DNA from: Candidatus Coprenecus sp.
GTDB lineage: Bacteria; Bacteroidota; Bacteroidia; Bacteroidales; UBA932
Reading direction: 5' to 3'
Length of the DNA stretch: 62,744 nt
Assembly: GCA_045644725.1 (NCBI GenBank)
Contig: JAZRHK010000136.1
Location: forward strand, 1-62,744
In this document: one piece after another, positions 20,705 to 30,723 of the stretch
How positions within the stretch are numbered: position 1 is the first letter of the stretch
How the letters are laid out: each line of letters opens with the position of its first letter
The notes under the pieces: model-generated
Seen by the model: the letters and a program-made list of their open reading frames with translations, nothing else
Told to the model about the DNA's origin: nothing
Database searches by the model: none
Position numbers and translations under genes: made by a program

Positions 20705-21391
20705 TCAGTCCTCGAGTTCTTCCAGCAGATCAGGTCTAAGCTCTCGGGTGCGCTCGAGGGCTTTTTCTTCTTGCCACTGGCGGATAAGTTTTGTATTGCC
20801 CGAAAGGAGTACCTGAGGGACCTCCCAGCCGTTGAAGTTGGCGGGACGGGTGTAGATGGGAGGGGCGAGGAGACCATCCTGGAATGAGTCGCTCAAAGCG
20901 GACATCTCATCTGTTATCGCACCCGGTATGAGTCTTATGATGGAGTCGCAAATTACTGCAGCTGCAAGTTCTCCCCCGCTGAGCACATAACTTCCTATCG
21001 ATATCTCCTTTGTTATCAGGTGTTCACGGATTCTGTGGTCGATACCCTTGTAGTGGCCGCAAAGGATTATTATGTTTTTTGCAATTGAGAGTGTATTGGC
21101 CATCGGCTGGTCCAGAAGTTCCCCATCCGGAGAGGTATAGATAACATAATCGTAGTCCCTCTGGGATGTGAGGTCGGTGATGGCACGGTAAAGCGGCTCT
21201 GGCATAATCACCATCCCGGCATCTCCTCCATAGGAATAGTCGTCGATCTGTTTATAGTTCCCCTTACCGTAGTCGTGGAGGTTTACGATGTTGATTTCCA
21301 CCAGCCCTTTTTCCTTGGCTCTCTTGATTATTGAGTGGTTCAAAGGGCTTTCCAAAATGTCCGGCACAGCCGATATAATATCTATTCTCAT
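20705..21391 (-). CDS. trmD: tRNA (guanine37-N1)-methyltransferase
   Basis: 228 aa. [11 protein letters not shown]..., [11 protein letters not shown] and [14 protein letters not shown] motifs. Confidence 0.95.
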   Translation of the reverse strand: MRIDIISAVPDILESPLNHSIIKRAKEKGLVEINIVNLHDYGKGNYKQIDDYSYGGDAGMVIMPEPLYRAITDLTSQRDYDYVIYTSPDGELLDQPMANTLSIAKNIIILCGHYKGIDHRIREHLITKEISIGSYVLSGGELAAAVICDSIIRLIPGAITDEMSALSDSFQDGLLAPPIYTRPANFNGWEVPQVLLSGNTKLIRQWQEEKALERTRELRPDLLEELED

Positions 21392-21419
21392 AATGGTGCA
21401 AAATTAGAAAAAATAAATG

Positions 21420-21427
21420 TATATTTG
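21420..21427 (+). promoter_or_regulatory. Bacteroidetes -7 box (TAtaTTTG)
   Basis: Exact TAnnTTTG match about 40 nt upstream of the ATG at 21467. Confidence 0.45.
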
Positions 21428-21466
21428 CGGATTGTAATATGTTTACTAATGTAATTGACATCTACT

Positions 21467-23320
21467 ATGAGCGAAGAAACTAAAATCACTGCTCCACAAG
21501 AGCAATTCGAGGAAGTTGCAGAACAAAATGTTCCAGTCCTTGAAACTACTGAAGAAATTATTGAGAACAATCAGACAGAGGAGGAAGTTTCTCTCATTAG
21601 CGAAGAGATCCTTCAAGACTTGGCTAATAAGAGTTTGAAAGACATTGTCACACTCTTTGAGTCCTTGGTCGGAAAAGGAGATCAGCAGGAGATGTACAAA
21701 TACGCAGAACCTATTAAAGCCATTTTCTATAAAACTTTGAAGAAAGAGAAGATTGCAGCCGGTTTTCTTGCACCTGCAGAAGACGCAGTGGCAGAAGAGG
21801 AGCAGGAGGAAAAGGTTTCAGAAAACCCTTTTGCAGAGATAGAGAGAGGCTTCAAGGAGATCTATGCACAATATAAATCATTGAGGGGTACCCACCTCCA
21901 ACAGGTGGAGAAACAAAAAGAGGAGAACTTCGAGGTAAAAAAACAGATCATCGAGGAGCTGAAGGCACTTGTTGAGACTCAGGAGGATATCACCACCACA
22001 TTCCCCAAATTCAGATCACTGCAGACAAGATGGCGTGAGTCAGGCCCAGTTCCACAGGCTAAAGTAAAGGACATTTATGACAGCTATCAGCATTATGTGG
22101 AGATGTTCTATGACTATGTGAAGATCAATAATGAACTCCGTGACCTTGATTTCAAGAAGAATCTTGAGGCGAAGGTGGCTCTTTGCGAGAAGGCAGAGGC
22201 CCTTATCGATGAAGAGAATGTGGTAAATGCATTTGCTGTGCTTCAGAAACTTCACGAAGAGTGGAAAGAGTTCGGTCCTGTAGAGAAAGAGCACAGGGAG
22301 GCTATCTGGGAGAGATTCAAAGTGGCTACTTCACAGGTAAACAAAAAGCACCAGGCATATTTCGAGAAGATAAAAGCTGACCAGAAAGTAAATCTTGCAG
22401 CCAAGACACTTCTTTGTGAGAAAGCAGAGGAGATCGCTTCACGCGAGGTGGCTGAATCAAATACCTGGAACGAATACTCAAAAGAACTTGAGGGACTTCA
22501 GAAAGAGTGGAAGACCATCGGTTTTGCATCCAAGAAGGACAATCAGAAGATTTATGACCGTTTCAGAGCAGCGTGTGATTTGTTCTACAACAGAAAGAGG
22601 GAGTATTATTCTCAATTCAAGGATCAGATGACCCGCAATATGGAACAGAAAATTTCCCTTTGCGAGCAGGCTGAGGCTATGAAGGAGAGCACAGACTGGA
22701 AAAAGACCACTGAAGACCTTATCAATCTTCAGAAACAGTGGAAGGAGATCGGTCCTGTGTCACGCAAGAAATCTGACCAGATATGGAACAGATTCAGAGC
22801 TGCCTGTGACTATTTCTTCGACAATAAAGAGAAAAATTACGGCGGAGTTGATCCACAATATGTGGAGAACCTGAACAAGAAGCTTGCCCTTATCGAGGAG
22901 ATTAAAGCATATGAACCTGCTGACAGGGCTTCTGATGCTGAAGCTATGAAGGATTTCGCTGCAAGATGGAATGGGATCGGTTTTGTTCCATTCAAGGAGA
23001 AAGAGAAGATTCAGGCTCAGTATAAAGAGGCAATGGATTCAAAATTCCATGGAATGTCCCGCAACAGAAGGGGTGGCAAAGATGGTGGCAGAGGTCAGAA
23101 AGAGGTTAATCCTGTTCGTGCTGAGCGCGAAAAACTGGTTCAGAAATTCCGTAAGAAAGAGTCAGAAATTGCCACATATGAGAACAATATCGGTTTCTTT
23201 GCAAGCTCAAAGAATGCTGATGCCCTTGTGAGGGAATTTACCAAGAAGATTGAGGAGGCTAAAGCTGAGTTGGCCGAACTTGAAGAGAAGATTAAAGAGA
23301 TTGACAATCAATTTGAATAA
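21467..23320 (+). CDS. DUF349-repeat protein
   Basis: ORF 21455 starts on TTG; the first ATG is at 21467. Repeated ...W.E.GPV.......IW.RF..A.. units occur about five times, typical of DUF349. Confidence 0.75.
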   Translation: MSEETKITAPQEQFEEVAEQNVPVLETTEEIIENNQTEEEVSLISEEILQDLANKSLKDIVTLFESLVGKGDQQEMYKYAEPIKAIFYKTLKKEKIAAGFLAPAEDAVAEEEQEEKVSENPFAEIERGFKEIYAQYKSLRGTHLQQVEKQKEENFEVKKQIIEELKALVETQEDITTTFPKFRSLQTRWRESGPVPQAKVKDIYDSYQHYVEMFYDYVKINNELRDLDFKKNLEAKVALCEKAEALIDEENVVNAFAVLQKLHEEWKEFGPVEKEHREAIWERFKVATSQVNKKHQAYFEKIKADQKVNLAAKTLLCEKAEEIASREVAESNTWNEYSKELEGLQKEWKTIGFASKKDNQKIYDRFRAACDLFYNRKREYYSQFKDQMTRNMEQKISLCEQAEAMKESTDWKKTTEDLINLQKQWKEIGPVSRKKSDQIWNRFRAACDYFFDNKEKNYGGVDPQYVENLNKKLALIEEIKAYEPADRASDAEAMKDFAARWNGIGFVPFKEKEKIQAQYKEAMDSKFHGMSRNRRGGKDGGRGQKEVNPVRAEREKLVQKFRKKESEIATYENNIGFFASSKNADALVREFTKKIEEAKAELAELEEKIKEIDNQFE

Positions 23321-23329
23321 CAGATAGAC

Positions 23330-25204
23330 ATGAACAAGAATACCTTTATCGGTATGCTCCTTATCGGTGCGATACTGATTGGTTTTAGCATTTACAATTC
23401 AAAACAGTTCGAGAAGCAGAGAGCTTACCAGATGGAGCAGGACTCCATCGCACAGGTAAGGGCGCTCGAGTATGCTGCCGAGATGGCAGCGAAAGCAGAG
23501 GCAGAGGGGGCTGCAGTTGCTGCAGACCCATCAAAGGGGCAGTACTCATACACTTATAAGGATTCGTTGCTTGAAGCAGCCCACAAAGCCACTGCAGAGA
23601 TTTATACATTGGAGAACGACAAGATCAAGGCTGATTATACCACCAGAGGCGGTCAGGTATATCAGGTGGAGATAAAGGATTATTATACCTACGATAGCCT
23701 TGCTCTAAATCTGGTAAAGGGTGGTCAGAGTGATTTCGGTGTAGAGTTCTACTCGCACCAGATGATCAATACTAAGAACTTCACCTATTCATTGGTCTCT
23801 CACAATGATTCCTCTTTGGTGATGAGACTCAATTTTGATGAGGATTCTTACATTGAACACGTATACTCGCTCCCTTCGGAGAGTTATCTGGTCAATTTCG
23901 ACTTCAGACTCGTGAATATGGAGCAATATATTTCACAAAATGCCACTCAGTTTGATGTGGACTGGAGATTGAATATTCCAAGACTCGAAAAAGGTTACGA
24001 CAACGAAAGGAACTACTCTACCATCGATTTCAGATATCCAGGCGATGAGGTGGAGAATCTTGGATTGAGAAGGGAGTCTTCTTCAAAGGAGATTACCACC
24101 AAACTCTCATGGTTCGCTTTCCAGCAGCAGTTCTTCTCTGCGATCCTCAGAGCCAAAAACGACTTCACTTCAGGTAACCTATCTTACGCTTTCTTCAAGG
24201 AGAATGACCCTACAAACAACCTTATGCAGTGCCACGCAAATATGGAGGTGGCATACAATCCTGAGGGAAGTGTGGTGACAATTCCATTCGAGTTCTATTT
24301 CGGTCCAAACCACTTTCGTACATTGAGAGGGTATGATCAGGAGTATGAGAAGATTATCCCACTTGGCGGATGGCTTGTAAACTGGATCAACAGGATTGTA
24401 ATCATCCCTACATTTGACCTTTTGAGCAAATTCATCGGCAATTTCGGTATCATCATCCTTCTGATGACCATTATGCTGAAGATAGTCATATCACCTTTCA
24501 CCATCAAATCTTTTGCTTCATCTGCGAAAATGAGGGTGATCAAACCTGAGATTGACAAGATCAATGCGAAATATCCAAAACAGGAGGATGCCCTTAAGAA
24601 ACAACAGGCTATGCAGGAACTATACAAGGCGAGTGGTGTAAGTATGTTCGGAGGCTGTCTCCCTATGCTCTTCCAGTTCCCTATCCTATTTGCGATGTTC
24701 CGTTTCTTCCCAGCATCTATTGAGCTTCGTCAGCAGTCATTCCTTTGGGTTGATGACTTGAGCGCATACGACTCAATCATTGATCTTCCATTCAAATTGC
24801 CTTTGTATGGTGATCACGTCAGCCTCTTTGCGATACTCGTAGCAGTAACCATGTATTTCTACTCTAAGGCAATGCTTAACCAGCAGGGCGATACTGCCAA
24901 TATGATGCCCGGTATGAAAGCTATGCAGCTTTATTTTATGCCTATCATGATGTTGTTCATATGTAACAACCTCTCAAGTGCATTGAGTTACTACTATATG
25001 CTTTCAAACCTTATCACTATGGGGTTGACTTGGGTGATTCGCAAATTTTTTGTGGATGAAGAGAAGATTTTGGCTCAGATTCAGGCAAGCAAGGCTAAAG
25101 CCAAAACCAAACCAAAATCAAAATTCCAGCAGAGACTTGAAGAGGCTGCAAAAGCACAGCAGGAGATGCTCAAACAGCAGCAAGCCCAACAAAGACGCAA
25201 ATAA
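23330..25204 (+). CDS. yidC: membrane protein insertase YidC (long Bacteroidetes form)
   Basis: 624 aa. N-terminal TM, large periplasmic domain, and a C-terminal 60-kDa IMP core (...GGCLPMLFQFPILFAMF...). Confidence 0.9.
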   Translation: MNKNTFIGMLLIGAILIGFSIYNSKQFEKQRAYQMEQDSIAQVRALEYAAEMAAKAEAEGAAVAADPSKGQYSYTYKDSLLEAAHKATAEIYTLENDKIKADYTTRGGQVYQVEIKDYYTYDSLALNLVKGGQSDFGVEFYSHQMINTKNFTYSLVSHNDSSLVMRLNFDEDSYIEHVYSLPSESYLVNFDFRLVNMEQYISQNATQFDVDWRLNIPRLEKGYDNERNYSTIDFRYPGDEVENLGLRRESSSKEITTKLSWFAFQQQFFSAILRAKNDFTSGNLSYAFFKENDPTNNLMQCHANMEVAYNPEGSVVTIPFEFYFGPNHFRTLRGYDQEYEKIIPLGGWLVNWINRIVIIPTFDLLSKFIGNFGIIILLMTIMLKIVISPFTIKSFASSAKMRVIKPEIDKINAKYPKQEDALKKQQAMQELYKASGVSMFGGCLPMLFQFPILFAMFRFFPASIELRQQSFLWVDDLSAYDSIIDLPFKLPLYGDHVSLFAILVAVTMYFYSKAMLNQQGDTANMMPGMKAMQLYFMPIMMLFICNNLSSALSYYYMLSNLITMGLTWVIRKFFVDEEKILAQIQASKAKAKTKPKSKFQQRLEEAAKAQQEMLKQQQAQQRRK

Positions 25205-25894
25205 ATGGGTATAGCAGAGAATATACTTCAAATCAATAAGGAACTGCCGCCATCGACCAAGTTGGTGGCAGTTTCCAAATTCAAACCTGCCGAAGCTGTT
25301 CAGGAGGCTTACGATGCAGGACAGAGGGTCTTTGCGGAGAGCCGTCCTCAGGAACTGAAGACGAAGGTGGTGATTCTTCCCAAAGATATTGAGTGGCACT
25401 TCATAGGTCATCTTCAGACCAATAAGATCAAGATGGTAGTGCCATATACCAAACTCATTCACTCTATTGATTCTGAGAGACTCCTTCTGGAGGTGGCTGA
25501 TTATGCCAGGAAACATGGTTACCATACTGACCTTCTCCTGGAACTTTTTATCGCACAGGAGGAGTCCAAACAAGGTTTCTCTGCTGATGAGATTCTGGAC
25601 CTCTTTGACAGGGTATCTTCAGATCCCCATCTTCAGGAAAGACTCTCCAGTGTCACTTTCAAGGGGCTTATGGGTATGGCGTCCTTTGTCGATGATGAGA
25701 CTCAGATCAGAGCAGAGTTCTCAAAGATTACAACTTTAATGGACGAAATAAAAAAGAGAAGCTATCCATTCCTGAACAACTTCTCTGAACTCTCTTTCGG
25801 AATGTCCGGTGATTACCACATCGCAGCCCAGATGGGTAGCACTATGGTCCGTATCGGCACATCCATCTTCGGTGACCGTAACTACAACCAGTAA
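25205..25894 (+). CDS. YggS-family pyridoxal-phosphate homeostasis protein
   Basis: 229 aa. LVAVSKFKP (PLP-Lys), WHFIGHLQTNK and ELSFGMSGDY motifs. Confidence 0.85.
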   Translation: MGIAENILQINKELPPSTKLVAVSKFKPAEAVQEAYDAGQRVFAESRPQELKTKVVILPKDIEWHFIGHLQTNKIKMVVPYTKLIHSIDSERLLLEVADYARKHGYHTDLLLELFIAQEESKQGFSADEILDLFDRVSSDPHLQERLSSVTFKGLMGMASFVDDETQIRAEFSKITTLMDEIKKRSYPFLNNFSELSFGMSGDYHIAAQMGSTMVRIGTSIFGDRNYNQ

Positions 25895-25949
25895 ACTATA
25901 TTGGTATATTCCCGCGTTCATTTTTTGCCAATTTTGAGCGCGACACCCT

Positions 25950-25998
25950 AAAAAAAAGCACTCCCGCGTTCGATTTTGACGAAAAATGAACGCGGGAG
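25950..25998 (-). terminator. rho-independent terminator of dapF (minus strand)
   Basis: 11-bp perfect stem CTCCCGCGTTC (25961-25971) / GAACGCGGGAG (25988-25998). On the minus strand it is followed by a U-run (plus-strand A-run at 25950-25957). Confidence 0.7.
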
Positions 25999-26022
25999 TA
26001 CTTTGTCCTGATATCTTTTGCT

Positions 26023-26820
26023 TTAGTCGATATCGATATCTGTCTCATATACGAATGTGGCAGGACCTGTAAGGTAGACGTTGGTCAAGTCCTCTTTGAA
26101 GTCGATTGCCAAAGTGTCCTTAAGGGTTTTGACTGTGTACTTGATGGTGCCGTCTTCCGATACTGTGCAGCATTTAAGCCCCTCTTTGTATGCTGAGATG
26201 GCAGATGCTGTACAGCCTGTACCGCAAGCGTAAGTCTCGGCCTCCACACCTCTCTCCCATGTGCGGACATGCAAACCATCCTCTTTCTCCTGGATGAAGT
26301 TTACATTGGTGCCGTTAGGGAAATCTTTATGGTATCTCCAGTATGGACCATCCTTTTCAATATTCATAGTGTCAAGGTCATCACGGAACTGCACCACGTG
26401 GTCCACTCCTGTGTCGGCATAGTACATATTGTCCGAATATTTGTAGATGGTCTTCACATCTTTGATTTTTACCCTTATGATGCATCTTTTGCTGCTCCCT
26501 TCCAGAACAAATCCCTCGTGGTATCCGTCGCGAGCATCAAATCTGAATGATGGGAGTCCCCTGTGGTAGGCAAAAGCTACCAGACAGCGTGCACCATTGC
26601 CGCACATATCGCCTTCGAAGCCGTCTGCATTGTAGAATTTCATCTCGAAGTCGCGGTCTGCGCTCTTTGGGGCATTGAGCAGCATAAGTCCGTCTGCACC
26701 TATGCCGTAGCGGCGGTCACATAGTAGTCTGATTTGGCTGTCATTGAGATTGATATCTCCTGCGCGGTTGTCAAAAATGACGAAGTCATTCCCCGCACCT
26801 TGGTATTTGTACGCTTTCAC
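26023..26820 (-). CDS. dapF: diaminopimelate epimerase
   Basis: 265 aa. YQGAGNDFV, MCGNGARC and CGTGCTA (two catalytic Cys). The longest ORF starts on GTG at 26820 and overlaps the lpxB 3' end by 35 nt. Confidence 0.9.
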   Translation of the reverse strand: MKAYKYQGAGNDFVIFDNRAGDINLNDSQIRLLCDRRYGIGADGLMLLNAPKSADRDFEMKFYNADGFEGDMCGNGARCLVAFAYHRGLPSFRFDARDGYHEGFVLEGSSKRCIIRVKIKDVKTIYKYSDNMYYADTGVDHVVQFRDDLDTMNIEKDGPYWRYHKDFPNGTNVNFIQEKEDGLHVRTWERGVEAETYACGTGCTASAISAYKEGLKCCTVSEDGTIKYTVKTLKDTLAIDFKEDLTNVYLTGPATFVYETDIDID

Positions 26821-27964
26821 TGTATTGTTGTTTTTTAAGTTCTTCTATCATCGCTTCGGCGACCTTCACGGAGGCACCTTCATCACCGAGAGCCTTGCGT
26901 ATGTCGCTGTAATTCTGGAGCATCTCTTCCCTGTATGGGAGATCTGAAACCAGCCTTCTGACTTCATCTGAAATGGTCTTGGCGGTGCATTGGTCCTGCA
27001 GCAGCTCGCGGAATGCCTGGCGGTTGATTATCAGATTGCCCAAAGATATATAGGATATGCTCTTTGAGTGGAGTATAAATTGCTTTGCAATCCAGAATGA
27101 TATGGGATTGCCTCCGTAGCAGACCACCTGCGGGGTCCCGATGAGGGCAGTCTCCAGGCTGGCGGTGCCTGATGCCACTATTGCAGCTTCTGCATTGCAG
27201 AGCACACCATAGGTGTCATCAGCAATAAGTTTGATGTTGCTCCCTTCTATATATTTTGTATAGTATTCCAATTCAATCGATGGTGCCCCTGCAAGGAGGA
27301 TCTGGTACCCTTCAGGGAGAAGTGCTGCAGCCTCTTTGTAGCGGGGGAGGAGCCAGCTGATTTCACCCTTGCGGCTCCCGGCGAGCAACGCAATAATGGG
27401 TTTGTCCTCGAGTGAGTGTCTCTGGAGGAATTCTTCCCTTGATTCGCTGCAGGACCTGTGGTTGGCAATGCTGTCTATAAGGGGATTGCCCCGGTAGATG
27501 GCATTAATATTCTTTTTGTGGAAATAGTCTGTTTCGAATGGGAATATGATGAAGAGCTTGTCCACATATTTCCGGATCTTCTTTATACGCCCCTCTTTCC
27601 AGGCCCATACCTTGGGTGCGATGTAATAGAATGTCCTGATGCCGTGCTCCTTGGCAAAACGGGCAATCTTCAGGTTGAATCCTGCATAGTCTATCAGAAT
27701 CACCACGTCGGGTGAGTATTTGAGGATGTCTTTTTTGCAGTGTGAAAGATTGTTGAGCACTTTGTGGGCCTTGGCCAGTACCTCGACGAAACCCATGACA
27801 GCTGTCTCTTTGTAATGGCGTACCATAGTGCCACCGGCTGCTGCCATCCTGTCTCCACCCCAAAATCTTACATCACATTGGGGGTCGGCAACATAGAGCC
27901 CCTTCATAAGGTTTGAGCCGTGAAGGTCACCTGAAGCCTCTCCTGCGATGATGTAGTATTTCAT
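26786..27964 (-). CDS. lpxB: lipid-A-disaccharide synthase
   Basis: 392 aa. MKYYIIAGEASGDLHGSNLM... N-terminus and GT19 family pattern. Confidence 0.9.
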   Translation of the reverse strand: MKYYIIAGEASGDLHGSNLMKGLYVADPQCDVRFWGGDRMAAAGGTMVRHYKETAVMGFVEVLAKAHKVLNNLSHCKKDILKYSPDVVILIDYAGFNLKIARFAKEHGIRTFYYIAPKVWAWKEGRIKKIRKYVDKLFIIFPFETDYFHKKNINAIYRGNPLIDSIANHRSCSESREEFLQRHSLEDKPIIALLAGSRKGEISWLLPRYKEAAALLPEGYQILLAGAPSIELEYYTKYIEGSNIKLIADDTYGVLCNAEAAIVASGTASLETALIGTPQVVCYGGNPISFWIAKQFILHSKSISYISLGNLIINRQAFRELLQDQCTAKTISDEVRRLVSDLPYREEMLQNYSDIRKALGDEGASVKVAEAMIEELKKQQYSESVQIPRCGE

Positions 27965-27974
27965 GTGGCAAGTT

Positions 27975-28757
27975 TTATTGCAGATTCCAGACTGAGCGGA
28001 GTCTTTCCACCTCCTGGTAATCAGTTGTGTCTATTTTGTGGGGTACGATGGTTACATATTTGCCCAGGACATTGAGTGTGTGGTCGCCGAACTCGGGACT
28101 GGTCTCAAGGTTCTCGAATTCACCCTTCATGAAGTAGAATTTTCCCCCTTCACTGTCTTCGCGGATCTCGTACTCCTTTATCCATCTTCCGAGTCCCCTG
28201 CGTGCCATCTTTATCCCGCGGATCTCCTCTACCGGAAGATTTGGGAAATTTATGTTAAGGTATACATCCTTGGCGTGTGGCTCCTGGAAGAATTTGTCCA
28301 GGATAATCTTGCCGTAGTGTTCCACGCACGAGAAGTCGGGATCCTCACTGTGTGTATTGATCGAAAAACCGATGGATGGGACCTCGTAGAGGGTTCCCTC
28401 GATGCATGCACCTAATGTTCCTGAATATAGTGAGGCTACTGAGAAGTTTGGGCCATGGTTGATTCCCGACATTATGAGGTCGGGGCGGCGCTCTGTGAAA
28501 AATACATTCATTGCAAGTTTGATGCAGTCTACAGGTGTCCCCTCGAAAGAGTAGATTCTCAGCCCATCCTCCTCGTGTATTTTCTTGAGGTATTGTGGAG
28601 TAGCCAGTGAGAGGGCAGCAGATTTGCCGGATTGTGGTTCAGCGGGTCCTACGACTGTGACATTTCCATATTGCATCATCATTTTGGCCAGGGTGTTTAT
28701 ACCTTTGGCTTTTACACTGTCATCGTTAGTGATTAAAATCTCGATTTTTCTGTCCAT
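27975..28757 (-). CDS. surE: 5'/3'-nucleotidase SurE
   Basis: ORF 28778 starts on TTG; the first ATG is at 28757 (MDRKIEILITNDDS...). GINHGPN and YSGT motifs. Confidence 0.9.
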   Translation of the reverse strand: MDRKIEILITNDDSVKAKGINTLAKMMMQYGNVTVVGPAEPQSGKSAALSLATPQYLKKIHEEDGLRIYSFEGTPVDCIKLAMNVFFTERRPDLIMSGINHGPNFSVASLYSGTLGACIEGTLYEVPSIGFSINTHSEDPDFSCVEHYGKIILDKFFQEPHAKDVYLNINFPNLPVEEIRGIKMARRGLGRWIKEYEIREDSEGGKFYFMKGEFENLETSPEFGDHTLNVLGKYVTIVPHKIDTTDYQEVERLRSVWNLQ

Positions 28758-28806
28758 ACACCAAAATTTCTTACACAAAGATAGTTTATTTTATATCTAA
28801 ATTTTA

Positions 28807-28814
28807 TAAATTTG
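28807..28814 (+). promoter_or_regulatory. Bacteroidetes -7 box (TAaaTTTG) upstream of gap
   Basis: Exact TAnnTTTG match 49 nt upstream of the ATG at 28863. Confidence 0.45.
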
Positions 28815-28853
28815 CGCGATTTTTGGAAACAAAGGAATTGTTTAATTTAATAA

Positions 28854-29867
<1,014 letters not shown>

Positions 29868-29890
29868 TCTGACCGATATGATATTTTTAG

Positions 29891-29921
29891 ACGGACCGCC
29901 TATGAGGTGGTCCGTTTTTTT
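29891..29921 (+). terminator. rho-independent terminator after gap
   Basis: Stem ACGGACCGCC / GGTGGTCCGT (one G-U pair), 5-nt loop, then TTTTTTT. Confidence 0.7.
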
Positions 29922-29934
29922 ATATCTTTGCGAT

Positions 29935-30723
29935 ATGAAACATTTTGTACTTGGGATAAAGAGCAAGGTTTTTCTTGGTTCTATGGTGATAGGCCTTATA
30001 CTTCTGTTGTCTTGTGTTATCTCCTTTGTGGAGTTTGAAAGGCTCAGCAAATATGTGTCATCAGTACTGGCAGACAACATCGCATGTGTGAATACATCCA
30101 GAAATCTGATGAATATAAGTGAGGAGTACAATACTTATATCCTGGAACAGATAGGGAATGATGATTCTTTGACAGAAGTTCCTGAACTGGCCGGAAATGA
30201 GGACTTCGTCTCAAATTTTGAGAATATGAAGCACCATTTTACCCTTAATGATGAAAAGGAGATGGCAGACTCTGTCCTCTATGCCTTTGTCGCTTATATG
30301 CATGTGGTAAACGAAGCTCCTGAAATATGGCTGAATGGCTATTCCCAAAGAAGAGAGTGGTATTTCAATAGACTTCAGGGTGTATATGACAAACTGAGAG
30401 ACTATATTCAGGAACTGACTCTGATTTCCCAAAATGCACTTGCAGAGAATTACTATAATCTCAATGACAGATTCTACAGATCCATTACCCCTATAATTGT
30501 GGCCGCATTTGTGGGAATTATTCTCGTGATTTTGTTCAATTATTTCATCAATATATTCTTCATTAAGCCGTTAATGGGCATCAATAAGGGACTTAAGAGT
30601 TATCGTGAATACAATAAAGGGTATGATGTCAAGTTTGATTTCGGCCGGGATCAGATAGAAGAGCTGAACGGCAATATAAAGGAGATTATCGAGGAGAACA
30701 GGAATCTTAAGAAGAAACTATGA
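29935..30723 (+). CDS. two-TM membrane protein with periplasmic four-helix-bundle-like sensor region, no output domain
   Basis: The long ORF 29686 overlaps gap, so the realistic ATG is 29935 (MKHFVLGIKSK...) or the next Met. Architecture is TM1, about 200 aa helical, TM2, then a short HAMP-like coiled tail. The stop overlaps the trkH ATG (ATGA). Confidence 0.45.
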   Translation: MKHFVLGIKSKVFLGSMVIGLILLLSCVISFVEFERLSKYVSSVLADNIACVNTSRNLMNISEEYNTYILEQIGNDDSLTEVPELAGNEDFVSNFENMKHHFTLNDEKEMADSVLYAFVAYMHVVNEAPEIWLNGYSQRREWYFNRLQGVYDKLRDYIQELTLISQNALAENYYNLNDRFYRSITPIIVAAFVGIILVILFNYFINIFFIKPLMGINKGLKSYREYNKGYDVKFDFGRDQIEELNGNIKEIIEENRNLKKKL

